Assembly: GCF_006345805.1 (NCBI RefSeq)
Contig: NC_042997.1
Coordinates: 62,558,001-62,622,000, forward strand
DNA length: 64,000 nt
Direction: 5' to 3'
DNA from: Octopus sinensis
Lineage: Eukaryota
The notes under the pieces: generated by a model
Seen by the model: the letters and a program-made list of their open reading frames with translations, nothing else
What the model was told of the DNA's origin: nothing
The model's database searches: none
Made by a program: the position numbers and the translations under genes
Shown: positions 1 through 12,004 of the stretch, piece by piece
Position numbering within the stretch: position 1 is the stretch's first letter
Layout: every line of letters starts with the position of its first letter

Positions 1-679
1 GAAGATGCTTGCTCAATGTGCTGCGCAGTGGAACTGAAAAAGCCTGCACCTATAAAAAGAACATGATCCCTTTATCAAATTTACAAGTACAGACATATAT
101 TCTACCATGGAAGACCATAAATAATAATGCACATGTACTATCTTGAATCATTACCATTGTACACATACTTGTCTGTCGAAGCGACGAAGACCATCTGGTT
201 ATCGTTAAGGACGACCGATGACCAGTGCTGCGACTTTGCTTAAAGTGAACAATTGCGCACTGTCAATGTCAAGACAACTGGGGATGGAAACTGAAGCAGT
301 GGCTAACATGATGTTTTAATTGCTTCATCTTGCTTTCTGCATTCACAATGCATTGTTGTAGCCGCTTTCCTTTCTGTTGAACTATAAACGCTTCTTCCGC
401 AGAGTCCGCCAGAAGTAGCCTTCCCATACATAGGCAGACAAGTCCAAACAGGCTAATTAACCCACAGCTGAGACCCTGATAGGCGCTGCTATTCCGAGTC
501 AGAGCAACCTGGGAACAATGGTGGCTATGGGGTTTATTCCACACTCCTCAATACCCTGGATCTCTCGAATCATCTCCGCCTCCTTCACATATATTGCCAA
601 TCTACTTATATTTTGGTTACAGTCTTCTATTAGAAAAAACGTTGGCTGAAGTGTTTAAATGACGTATAAGCTTTGCGTG

Positions 680-830
680 AACTCGGCTCAGTGGTTAGAG
701 CATCTGACTCACAATCATGAGGTAGTAAGTTCGATTCCCCGACTGGGTTGTGTGCTATATTCTTGAGAATGACGCTTTATTTCACGTTACTCCAGTTCAC
801 TCAGCTGCAGAAATGAATTGCAACGTCACT
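680..830 (+). mobile_element. tRNA-derived SINE (head plus partial body)
   Basis: A-box-like CGGCTCAGTGGTTAGAGC (684) and B-box-like GTTCGATTCC (729), then a non-tRNA body; related heads on minus at ~23650-23745 and ~59130-59260. Confidence 0.75.
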
Positions 831-1160
831 TTCCTTTGGATAAAATTGCTGGCACGGAGATGGGAGTTTGGTATGCACAGTTATATCTACTAAATCTGTG
901 CGTGAATGTGAGAGTGTGTGTGTGTGTGTGTGTGTACGTGTGCATGTGTGTGTTTGTGTGTGTGCGTGCGCGTGCGTGTATTTTAATTTCTTATTTTGCT
1001 ACTAATAAATATATTTGTGGGATTTTATGAAGGGTTGTAGAGATATCTAGTTTTGTTTTGCTTCGTTAAAAGCGAATTGTTTATAAAGTATGCATAACTA
1101 GCTATTAGTGCATAAAAAGAATTGAGGTGTGAGTTGAGAAGCAAACGTTTATGGTTTCTC

Positions 1161-1208
1161 AGATTTGAAAGCGTTTTGTTCGTTTAAGAACAAAGCGCTT
1201 TCAAATCT
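1161..1208. repeat. Hairpin with 21-bp arms; second degenerate copy at ~1476-1526
   Basis: AGATTTGAAAGCGTTTTGTTC-gtttaa-GAACAAAGCGCTTTCAAATCT, 20/21 complementary; the right arm recurs at 1505-1526 just before the LTR. Confidence 0.8.
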
Positions 1209-1532
1209 AAAAAAGCCATTCCCAATCGTTTAAGTTGCAATCATTGTTATGAAAACTATTAACACAGCGTTGTCTGACGTTCTGAATATATAGAAGAGAT
1301 GAAACATAATAATGCATGATATTTATATCGACGCTTTATTATTTTAACCACCACACAATCAATATACCTATGCAAAATGTCACTATATATGGGTGAGAGT
1401 ATGTGTGTATATATGTAGATATGTATATAGTTACATGTTTTAAGCATGAGCTTGCTGTAATACCAAGCTTACATTTAAAATTTGAAAGCTTTTTGCTTGT
1501 TTAAGAACAAAGCGCTTTCAAATCTAAGAAAC

Positions 1533-1850
1533 TGTGGGATTACGTCAGCAGCTGGGGAGCTGACCGGAACTTGGGAGCTGACTGGAACTTGGGAGCTGAC
1601 CGGAACTTAGGAGCTGACTGGAATAGGAAGAGTGCCGCGGTGACGCACGCGCAGGCAGGAGATGATTGGGCCTTTTTCGATCGGGGTAGCCAACGGTGCT
1701 GGACGTGTGAGCGCTTCGACAAGGTGAGGGACAGTAGCTGCTATTTTTAGCGTTCGGGTCGGGGCACGTGGAAGAGTGCGTTACCACCAGAGGTCTGCGT
1801 CGACGAAGAGAAGGTATGTGTCTTACCTCTAGTCTCCCGCATACACTACA
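1533..1850 (+). repeat. 5' LTR of Gypsy element 1
   Basis: Starts TGT, ends ACACTACA, the same 8-nt terminus as the LTRs of element 2; contains four 18-bp tandem units at 1555-1626. Confidence 0.75.
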
Positions 1851-1862
1851 AGCTATTTCGGC
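1851..1862 (+). promoter_or_regulatory. Putative primer-binding site, complement of tRNA-Phe(GAA) nt 1-12
   Basis: AGCTATTTCGGC directly follows the LTR end; its reverse complement GCCGAAATAGCT is the conserved 5' end of metazoan tRNA-Phe(GAA). Confidence 0.75.
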
Positions 1863-1885
1863 GATCCACATAAGACGTCACCACG

Positions 1886-2646
1886 ATGGCAGCTAAACTC
1901 AGGATCGCCAGCGACGTTATCAAGCCCTTTAATGGTGAGGGCGATGTAGTGGCCTGGATGCGTAAAATCAGGCTTATGGTGAGATTGCAAGGCACTAGCG
2001 ACGTGGAGAGCCTTATAGCACTATATTTGGAAGGGAGCGCGTTGACTCTATATCTCGAGATGGACGAAGAAGAACGACTGAGCGAGGAGAAGATTGAGCA
2101 TTGTCTGAGAGGGCCTTACACCGAGTGTAAATATACAGCCTTTGTTAAGCTGGGAACGATTAGATGGATGGGAGAGCAGGTGGATGAATACGCGACGGAG
2201 GTGCGTAGGCCGGCCACGCTGGTTGAGTTTACGGGAAAAGGCCTGGATAGAGCAGCGCGACTGGCGTTCGTGAGTTCCCTGATGACGTAGAGATTCGACT
2301 GCAGCAATTGCCCGGGGGCAAAAAGATGGCGCTGAGCGAACTTGTGAATCAAGGCCGCGTGTTGACGCGAAATGCTGGACGGAAGGCGATATCGATGGCG
2401 GTAACGGAAGCACATAAAGACGGACGACGGCCGGAGAAAGACGCGAAGAAGCCTACCGTGCAACGACAGAGGCCGTTCCCAGGCCGGTGTTTTAAATGTC
2501 AGGGGTCACACATGGCGAGGGAGTGCACGCAACCGGGGCCCGTCTACTATCGATGCAGGCAGTCAGGGTACATCGCCCGTGATTGCGACCGGGGAAACGA
2601 CCGTGGGGAAGTTGCTGCCTCTCGAACTTTCCCCGCAAACGAGTAG
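1886..2646 (+). pseudogene. gag: Gypsy gag (N-terminal domain 1886-2290; zinc-knuckle part 2308-2646), disrupted
   Basis: KPFNGEGDVVAW...LYLEGSALTLYLEM aligns with the gag at 53731-54210; CFKCQGSHMAREC knuckle plus decayed YRCRQSGYIARDC. Confidence 0.85.
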
Positions 2647-2778
2647 AGGCGTTTTTGGAGACGCTGCCCGTAATTGAATTCAAGGTCAGGGGAAGAGGTT
2701 CAAGGCCCTCGTGGATACGGGTTGCACGACCACCCTCGTGACTTCAAGGATGACGAAGAAATGGAATGGGGCAAGTAA

Positions 2779-5167
2779 CACCCCACCCATGCCAGCCTCC
2801 TTACCTACCCTGTCTATGATGTAGCGCATCAGATGGAGGTTGTCATGGATACTCTTATCGACCAGTTTCCCGATGACAAGTGCCAACCTCCCGGTTACCA
2901 CATTGGCCAAAATCCCCAAATTTGTGTTGAGCAGAGTGATGGCCGGAGATTATCTATAACGTCCCTTTGTTTGGGTCTTCCTTTAGTAGTGTCACCGCTC
3001 CTCGGTTCACAAAACTGGGGATACTCCGTTTTTAGACTGTTGTCAAGACTTCTCCAAACAAGTCTGGCATATTACAATAAAGCTCGTTGGGCAGACCATC
3101 CAACCCCGATGACTTGTCTTTTGCGCAGCCTGCCATCGAGTTCCGTACATACGCAGCTGTGATGGGTCTTTCACCACACTCTACCTCTCTTATCGAGAGT
3201 CGTGGAAAGCCATGCAGGTAAGCACTAAAGTCCACTCTGCATTCTGACCCACCAGTCGTCCCGAACAATCTGGCAAAGTGCTGCTGAAAAGCCACACACA
3301 TCCTTTCGGGCTTGAGTAATTCGCGCCCCTGTTCATCCATCAGAGACCGAATGGTGGTTTTGTTGCCACGTAGCGCCTCCGCCACTCGGGATTATCGGGC
3401 GGCTGCAATTCCTTCGTTTCTCAGAGCATGCATCCTAGCTCTAATAATGCAACCCTCGTGTTTGGCGTTGAAGTATTAGTCAAGGGCCAACCTCGCCGCG
3501 AGCACGTTAGACGCGATGCTAGTTCTAAGTGTCTCGTCTAATTTCTTAACTAAGTCCCTCTCTATTCTATGTCGGTCTATTGCTAAAGTCTTGTTATACC
3601 TAATCGATTTTGCTTTGATTGATCTATTTAGGGCAAACTACCATTTGTTGTTGACGTTGGCCCCTGTCAACGAACTCTTAACTAATGTGCTAATCCGGTC
3701 TCTGTAAGCCTGTCGCGCCGGGAAAGGCGTTCAGCTTCCAGTAACCGGGACCTATGATTCCTATCTAAGTTGAGCGTACAAGTTACGAATTTGCGATCTG
3801 TGTAGCTGGCTATGTGAAATTGTGGACAACCTACACTACCCCTATCCACTATCCCACCGAATACTCTATCTAAATACGATCTGGACGACCCGATGCGGTT
3901 GTTCCATGTCTACATTAGCACATTCAGGTCGTCCAGTCGGTGCCTGTCAGACAGTTGGAAACGTCTGTGCAGGTCTATAAGGCACTTGCTTCCCCTTCTC
4001 TTCCTATCTCTACCCACATAGTCTAAATGCGTGTCCAAGTTAGCGTTCCAATCCCCCCCCCCCCCAGTAAAAGTAAAGGTCAAGATGTTCTCACGAAAAC
4101 CTCTAGACGTCGAAAGAAATCCGGCCGCCTTGTTAAGGATGGTGCATATACTGTTATTAGTCGGAAAGCACAGCCGTTACCGCCATTGACATCCAAGACG
4201 ACCAGCCTGCCCTCCAGCTCTTGAAATACTACCCTTACTTTCAGATCTAGACCCTTCCGACAAAGTACCGCAGTACCACCACCGCCCAATTTCGGCAGAC
4301 ACGGAGAAAAATAACTGTCGAATTGTCCACCGAACATGGGACCGAGGGCCTGTGGGTTGTGGAGTCTGGTCTCGCTGATGGCTATGATATCTACATTTTG
4401 TGACTTGATGTCATTTAAAAGGTAACCTTGTTTCCTAGGCGACACCAAGCCACGCACATTTACATTACCTATTTTGAGCAGGACCCAAATGAAACTTGTG
4501 TTTTACACAGGAGAAAAAGAAAGAGAGAGAGAGTGAGTCTCTTACTGTTCGAAAATTGGTTGCTTTCCTCCTTAGAAGTTTCTGTCAGGAGGTTTTTATA
4601 TAGTTTTTTCGAGAAGTATTTTTGAAAGGTTTCTACTGCATTAGGGTAGAGAGATTTTAGAGTATTGTGCGTGTTTTGCGTCATGTGTAGGATTTTTATG
4701 TGTTGTAGTGGTGTTGTGCATGGGTGGTTGTTTGTTTTAACATTGTCTTGTATTATGTCGGTGTTGGACCTAATGTATTGCATCAGGGCCAAATTGTTGG
4801 TGTTGATGGCAGTTAACATTGTTGGTGTTTGTGTGTTTGTAGTGTTGGTGCTAGTGTTGTTGTTACGTGTGGGATTTTTGTTGTCGGGAGTTGTGTATCT
4901 CCCTGCTTTGTTTGATTGCGTGGTTGTTCTTTTTTTACCCCCTTTTCTCCTACCCCTATGGCTATTTGCCATTCTGCCGTGTCGCCATCATCAGACGACA
5001 TGTTGGAGGGATTAGAAAATGGGAGGCGAATAGTATTGAGGTCGATTTGAGGGTGTGTTGATGTTGCTGTTGTTAGAGTTGGTTAGTGGCTGTTAGGATG
5101 TGATGTATGGGTTGTTGGGGATGAGGGGCTGTTTTTTTTTCTTTTCAGAGTTCGGTACTTCTGTAGC

Positions 5168-5222
<55 letters not shown>

Positions 5223-5350
5223 GGTGGTGGTGGTGGTGGTGGTGGTGATATTGATGGTGCTGCTTCTGTTGTTGGTGGTGTTGACTGCTTGGGTTAGCTG
5301 AGTTGGTTAGTTGTTTTGTGGAGTTCTTTCATCTGTTCGTGGAGCTGCTT
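2779..5350 (-). mobile_element. Tx1/L1-like LINE, decayed, missing its 3' part
   Basis: APE endonuclease ORF 4080-4457 (DIIAISETRL, GGGGTAVL, GRLVVLDV, LITVYAP); RT-proximal ORFs 3032-3385 (SSGLDGLPNELY) and 2686-2919 (SIHDNLHLMRYII); low-complexity ORF1-like ORF 4469-4972. The 5' boundary is approximate. Confidence 0.8.
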
Positions 5351-5365
5351 CATTTTGTTGTTGTC

Positions 5366-5456
<91 letters not shown>
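5366..5456. repeat. (GATA)n microsatellite; (GTT)n and (GGT)n runs nearby at 5167-5248
   Basis: Direct read of tandem units. Confidence 0.95.
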
Positions 5457-6841
5457 CGAAGAATATCTGATCCCTTTTTTTTGTAACTAAAGTGACGAAA
5501 TGAGACTAATATGAGTGAAAGAAGAACGTTTGTAGAAAGAAAGAAAACGGGCGGGGGAAATGTTTTGAAGAACTGAAAATCTGAATTTTTTTCAGCTTAA
5601 CTAACGAAATGAAAGTAATGAATTAAAGTAAATAAGAATGCTTGTGTAAAGAAAGTACTTTTCAGAGAAATCGAAAAAATATGAGTTAAATAAAAAAAAA
5701 AACGCCAGTAGAAAGAAGGTGTTTTGAAAGAAAACCCAAAGAAAGCGAAAGAAATAATGTTGTAAGAAATGGAAATCTTATCTTGAAATCAGGAACTGTT
5801 GCTGTACGTCACGAAGGCATGTGTAATTTTATTGTTACCGCCACCAGTGGTGGTTTTACGAAGAGAGAAATAAAAGTGCAAGAACTCTCTGTTCAGTTGT
5901 CTCCTCGGAATTTCGTGAAAGAAAAATAACTTGTTTTATCAGTCTCTTCGATCCTTCTATTCGCATGCCTATCCCGATCTTGAGTAAATATTTCATAAAG
6001 GACCGTTTTGTACTTCGGTGTAAAATAATTTTTCCACAGGTTTTTTTTCGAGTGCATTCAGTGTATCTCACCTCCAAACCCACCACAAGCCGCTTTCTTC
6101 CGGAAAAGAAGGGGGAGGGGTTGTAGAGATCTCAGGGTTTCCCAGCAACGGAGTTTTGTTTCGTAGGTTTATTTTCTTTTCCAGGTTATTTCGCATGCTT
6201 TCAACGAAAGTGACATTGAAATCCCGTGTAAACGGTTCCTTTCCCCAGAAAAGGAAAGATTTGACTGCTATTTCTTGCACACCCTGCTACCATGTAACAG
6301 CTATTTCGGGTCCTTTATCGCAAATAGCTGTTACGTTGTAGCAGGGCGTGCTAGAAATAATAGCCAAATCTTTGGAGGTGAGACACGTTGAATGCACTCG
6401 AAAAAAGCTTATGGAAAAAATCATTTCACACCGAGGTTACGAACGGGTCTTTTACAAAATATTTACCGTATTTCTAAAGTCGTTTTCACTTTAAAATATT
6501 TTGCTCATCATAATGTGTCTAATGGAAAGGTTTCTTCCCTTTGAGGTTTAAGTTATTTTCAGAGTATTTTCCCATTGGATATTTGTACCCCCAAAACCCT
6601 CAACATCTCGAGAACCAGTTGTCCAATTTACGCGAAACTTGTTTTATTCTGTTTGTATTCACATTTCAGGGGATCGTAATTCATAATATTTTCCCATTAT
6701 GCGCCAGTTTGGCTGTGTAGCATTGCAAGCAAGCAAGCCACTTTCTTCCACAAAAGAAAGGGGAGGGGTTGTGGGGACCTCGGAGTTTCCCGGGAAAGTC
6801 TACAGTCTGGCATACATGTGAAGAATGCAGTGGAAGAATAA

Positions 6842-7110
6842 CTACTGTAGGGCTGCTTTGTAGACGACATTTTTTGTTTTTCCTTCAGGTGCATAGATGA
6901 ATAAGATGTCTGCATGGCCAACTCTGGAACAATCACCATGAAAAAAGCACAATGTTCGAAGGTCCAATCCGACAACTTTCAGCGACTGACCTTGTGCTTT
7001 GTTAATTGTTACGGTGAAGCTGAGTTTGAGGGGGAACTGAAGTTTCTGCATAGGGTAGGAACAGTCCATTAGGGTTAGCGGAACTTTCAGAATGAAAATG
7101 TAAGCGTATA
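6842..7110 (-). mobile_element. Helitron RepHel (PIF1-like helicase) C-terminal fragment
   Basis: QFPLKLSFTVTINKAQGQSLKVVGLDL...CSRVG...LFIYAPEGKTKNVVY matches the terminal motifs of Helitron helicases. Confidence 0.85.
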
Positions 7111-7119
7111 TCCTTTTCC

Positions 7120-7413
7120 ACCGCCGATGAGATTCAACTTTGAAGTGTTTTTAATTATAATAATTAATTTCTAAAGTTTTGAATCTAAATAGCTGTCAGA
7201 GATGATGTCCAATTTTGTAATCAATAATTAATTGTTAATTTAATTATGTCTACTTTCATATTTTCTTAAAAATATATAAACCATGGTTTATCCAATTATC
7301 TTACAGTTGAATATTAAATGTAATATTCAATACTTTTTGTAATAGGTAATAAACCAGTATATTCATTGGATTTTATTGCCCCTTAATGAGGTTTTTAACC
7401 TTTAATTGGATTT

Positions 7414-7415
<2 letters not shown>
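7120..7415 (+). repeat. PLE-type terminal repeat with degenerate hammerhead; second copy at ~45703-45995
   Basis: About 290 bp shared with 45703-45995; CCGATGA, stem II GATTCAACTTT/AAAGTTTTGAATC, then TAAATAGCTGTC. Confidence 0.65.
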
Positions 7416-7480
<65 letters not shown>

Positions 7481-7733
7481 ATATACAAGGAAAATAAGAC
7501 AAGGTATAAAATGCTAAAATGATTTTATCAAGAAGAATATTTTAGTACCGGTTTCAGCCTTTGCGTCTTTTTCAACTTAGAGTAAAGCATGAAAATACAA
7601 TTAAATTGTGGAAAAATTAAATGAAATTTTTTTTAATATTTCCATAAATTTCAAATACAATGGACATTTTCCTTTCTCTCTCTCTATCTCTCTCTATTTC
7701 TCTCTCTCTCTATCCCTCTCTCTCTCTATCCCT

Positions 7734-7788
<55 letters not shown>

Positions 7789-7876
7789 TAGGTAGTAGGT
7801 AGTAGCAGTCCTAAAAGAATATTTGATATGAGGATGTGAGTATTTGGTTTTCATTGTTTAAGCAGCCGTAGCAGAC

Positions 7877-8002
7877 GAAGAAGAAGAAGAAGAAGAAGAA
7901 GAAGAAGAAGAAGAAGAAGAAGAAGAAGAAGAAGAAGAAGAAGAAGAAGAAGAAGAAGAAGAAGAAGAAGAAGAAGAAGAAGAAGAAGAAGAAGAAGAAG
8001 AA
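7877..8002. repeat. (GAA)n microsatellite
   Basis: Direct read; mirrored by (TTC)n at ~10432-10506. Confidence 0.95.
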
Positions 8003-8039
8003 AATGGAGTAGGAAAAGAAGAGAAAGAATAAGAAAAAT

Positions 8040-10435
8040 GCGGGAATGGTATGACTGCAGTAGGATGTTGGTGGAATCCTCTTAAATGGTCAAGTGACCT
8101 AAAAGTGACCTGCTGTGGTTGTAATAGTAGTGACTGGAATTATTCTGAATAAATTCATGTGTAGTGAATTTATATAGTTTTTAATATTTGAGTGGCCCTT
8201 GTAGTAATGTCATTTGTGGTGGACGCATTCAAAGGGGTTTATATTTTGTGGTAAAATATGACTCTTTGCTAATGCGCTGATTATAGGTTGCATCGTCCCT
8301 GAATTAATAGAGAGTAAAAATTCTGAAGTTGGGTTGTTCCTTAATGGCGCAAATGTCGATGCGTTCGTTGAATGCTATTTTTCTGTATTCCCGAACTTTG
8401 TAACCCACCAGCGAAACAACATCGGGAGTACCTCAAGATCAGAGAAATGAAAAATCACTACCCGCAGGATAGACATTATAACCTCCCCCACCCCATAAGG
8501 AGTTACCAACAGAATTTTCGTTCCAACAATCCACTAAACAACCACGCACAAAAAACCCGTACCACACGTAATAATTAGCCACGACGGCTCCCTAAAACAC
8601 CACATCCGAACATAGGATATAGGGATACATTTCAATACCCTTCAAAGAACCCACACCGTAAATTACAACAACAGGGCACTCCACAACAACAGGGAACTAC
8701 TACATAACAGCTACCGTCCCAATCGCCTCAATCATTTTTTAGACCCAATACGCAAACACAGGGATACAAGATAACACCAGACAGGCAGGAGGAACCAAAA
8801 GTGTTAAAAATCATCAATCTCACTCACAGAGAACTAACAGCAAACCTAATCAACATACTCTCCAAAGGGCTTGAGTTTACACCAACCCCAAACTCCACAA
8901 CTAAAACGAAATTAAAGAAGACGTTGCCGGATTCTGTAGAAAATTGCGACTGGCTGAGGAACTATACGACAAATACAACGAGGACGAATCGTTAGTCCGA
9001 AATAAAGTAACTACACCCCTTCAAAGGGTAAGAACAAAATTCTTGATCATTTCTGTGAATACATCACGAATTACCTATATCAACACATACACAAACAAAA
9101 ACACAAGCCAAACTTCAGCAATAAAGAATGGGCTGAGCTGAACAAATAACAATCAAATCAATAAGACAATAACAATCAAAGAGGCGGATAAAGGGCGTGC
9201 AATAGCCTTAATGGACACGGTATACTATATAACTTTAGTATTATCCATATTAGAAGACACAACATATTGTGAAAAGGTTCAACACTACAGATAGCAGAAA
9301 ATAATGAGAAACCTAAAAACAGAAAAGGGCTCACCGATAAGGAATACGATTATATGACTAACTTCAAAAGTAAATCCTAAGATACACAAAAGTGAGAAAA
9401 TAAGTAACGCATGCAGGATATCCACAGACATAATAATGAAGGTCCCTACTCCTAATGACCTCAAATTAAGACCTATAATAGCAGGTCCCGCATGCGAAAC
9501 CCACCACTTCAGTAACTTTTTAGATACCCTCTTAAAACCATTCCTCACGCAAATCAAAAGCTACAAAAAGGACGACCTAGATATGCTCAATCACCTCCCT
9601 AAAACACTAAACAAAAACACCCTACTAGTATCCTTCGATGTATTCAGCCTCTATTCTAATATCCCCCACAGTCTAGGAATAGAGGTAATTCAATTCTGGC
9701 TGGAGAATTACTCTAATGAACTCCCACATCGCATCAGAAAAAGGATTCGTAATAGAAGGGATAAAATTCATAAAGAGCAAAAGGCAACCCAAATCTACGA
9801 AAAGTCTCCTAACACAATCCCAACTACATTCGACAACAACACAGAAGCCATCAGTAAAAAAAATGTGGAAGACCTAACAATGGTATATGCGTCAACCTAA
9901 TTGAGGGGTTGGAGTTCTCTTTCAAACAGGGTCAACGTTTTACAGTGGAAAACAACTTCACATGTACTTCGGAACATTTAATATATGTATTGACTTGCTC
10001 CGGGTGTCGAGAGCAATACATAGGCCAAACCAAAAACAGTCTATATCAAAGGATGACTATAAATAGATCCCAGATTAAAATTCAGAAATACAAGAAAAAA
10101 TAGCATTCAGCGAACGCATCGACATTTGCGCCACTAAGGAACAACCCAACTTCAGAATTTTTCCTCTCCATAAATTCAGGGACGATGCAACCTATAATCA
10201 GTGTATTAGCAAAGAGTCATATTTTATCACAAAATATAAAACCCCTTTGAATACATCCACCACAAATGACACTATTACAAGGGACCTAGAATAATACACA
10301 CGCAAATATTAAAAACGATATATTCAGAACAGTCACTACCCATGAATTTATTCAGAACAATTCCAACCACTACTGTTACAACCACAACATGTCACTTTCA
10401 GGTCATCCTATTACTGTCATACCATTCCTGTATTC
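8040..10435 (+). mobile_element. Penelope-like retroelement (RT plus C-terminal GIY-YIG) with inverted pseudo-LTR
   Basis: ILSKGLEFTPTP (8801-8995); RT motifs LRPIIAGP...LVSFDVFSLYSNIP (9436-9900); GIY-YIG LIYVLTCSGCREQYIGQT (9909-10103); 8040-8400 is the reverse complement of ~10075-10435. Confidence 0.9.
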
Positions 10436-10639
10436 TTCTTCTTCTTCTTCTTCTTCTTCTTCTTCTTCTTCTTCTTCTTCTTCTTCTTCTTCTTCTTCTT
10501 CTTCTTCCTCGGTTACTGCTGATTAAACGATTTTAATTTTATTTCGAATAGCAACATCAAATCGAGTAATGTATTTCTGCAGCATAAAGGAGATAACCGT
10601 TATTTAAACCCCTTTTCTTCATTATAAAGGTACATCGAA

Positions 10640-11900
10640 GATTTTTAAGGATAACTACCCTAATAACAAGGTATGTACTAGCAAAACTGTTTGGTTAATA
10701 ATTCCATATGGTAAGCAGGTCAAATCTAATCTCCCTTACCAGTTTCGTGAAGCTATAGAAAAGGATTTCCCAAGAAATTCAAGATACTATTCGATTATTA
10801 ACTCACACCGAATTAGGATAGGTTTTTCTAACGCAAAAAATCTTTCATAAATCATCTCTTCGCATAATAGTAAGTTGTTAAATACAAATCCACTTAATGA
10901 AAATACTATCATTAATTTTGTTAACACTGACCATTCCTTAAATAATATTAACAGTGGGGTTATTGTTACTAAAGTCAACTCCAATCGCATTCGTTTTCTT
11001 AGCAGTAATTCTAAGACTAGAAACTCTATTTATCAATGTAAAATTACTTCCGTTTCTGACGTCCTTTTTTATATAGGTTGTTCTTCATCTCAGTTGTCCA
11101 AAAGAATATCTAATCTTTACTCTACAGTTAGGCATATCAATAAACGTAACGATACTGGGCTTAGTAAATTAATCTGGTATCTAAAAGATCATAATAAACA
11201 ATTTAATTTGGAATGGAATATTCTCTCTTTTTCTTTACCTTATGACAAAGATAAATCTTTTTGCTTCCTTTGTAATAGTGAAATGTTTTTATCCTATCCT
11301 CTAAGAATCCCCTTATAAACACGTTTATAGAACGCGTTTATCGTTGCAAACATTGGCAGAAACATACCTTCAGTTCCTATAAGTGATTTCTAATATTCTA
11401 TAAAATGCGACCTTTGACTGCCTTCTTTCTTTTCACTTCCACTAAATATATCTACTTCCATTCATTTAAGCTTTATTCTAATTCACCTATCGCTCTATAT
11501 CTCTCCACTATTAGTTTTCTGCTAATTTCTTTCTTTCTCCTCCTTCTTTTTCTATAAACTACTTTTTACGTTATATCTACTAACGGTCTTTGCTTTTAAA
11601 AAACTTGATAGCATTCCCTTCAACATATACGTAGTCATTACATTCTGTTAAAACGTCTCATTAATGTGTTAGGTTTCTTTCTTTCCCTCATGAGAAGATT
11701 GCATTGTTTTACACCATTTTATTCCTTCTGGAATAATACCAATGTTGTCTTCGAAACATATGTCGGAAGTAAAAGAATTTGAATAACGCCTGCGTTTAAC
11801 TCCATTTATTTATCTATATTATACAAAACATTTCACCTAAACCTGGAGTTTCTACCTTTATAAATGGGCTGTTACATCCTTGTGTAAATTTTTGCTACCC
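10640..11900 (+). mobile_element. Second PLE family: 3' end with GIY-YIG and tail carrying a hammerhead relic
   Basis: SIYQCKI...FYIGCSS...KRISN...DTGLSKLIWYLKD...WNIL...CFLCNSE (10875-11318); hammerhead-like motif at 11682-11769. Confidence 0.8.
11682..11769 (+). ncRNA. Minimal type I hammerhead ribozyme relic (core G5 mutated)
   Basis: TTTCC-CTCATGA-GAAGA...CATTG...CAATG..TCTTC-GAAA-CATATG-TC-GGAAG; stems I-III pair, cleavage triplet GUC. Confidence 0.65.
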
Positions 11901-11952
11901 TGGTGGCTGTTTATTTATTTTTTCCATGTTATTTGTAAACACTGGACAAAAA

Positions 11953-12004
<52 letters not shown>

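Larger units (their letters stand above)
1533..2778 (+). mobile_element. Ty3/Gypsy LTR retrotransposon, 5' part only (LTR, PBS, gag, start of protease)
   Basis: LTR TGTGGG...ACACTACA (1533-1850), PBS-like 12-mer, gag homologous to the element at 50384-54519, zinc knuckles, aspartic protease motif ALVDTGCTT at ~2706-2732; breaks off at ~2778. Confidence 0.9.

Noticed and set aside
269-544. 91-aa minus-strand ORF at the window start
   Set aside because: No recognisable motif and no convincing splice pair.
684-745. tRNA gene calls at A/B-box sequences (also 19690-19750, 23670-23745, 59190-59260)
   Set aside because: No complete cloverleaf; each runs into a repeat body, so they are SINE heads.
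1555-1626. CRISPR-like appearance of short repeats (also 32705-32746)
   Set aside because: Units are contiguous with no unique spacers, no cas genes, eukaryotic context.
1533-1870. Alternative LTR end at ATCCACA (1870), which gives a TGTGG/CCACA inverted repeat
   Set aside because: Element 2 has two LTR copies fixing the boundary at ACACTACA before AGCTATTTC; the same junction occurs at 1850/1851.
6294-6334. AGCTATTTCGG matching 11 nt of the PBS
   Set aside because: It lies in one arm of a local 13-bp hairpin with no adjacent LTR or gag; treated as coincidence, though it shows short matches can occur by chance.
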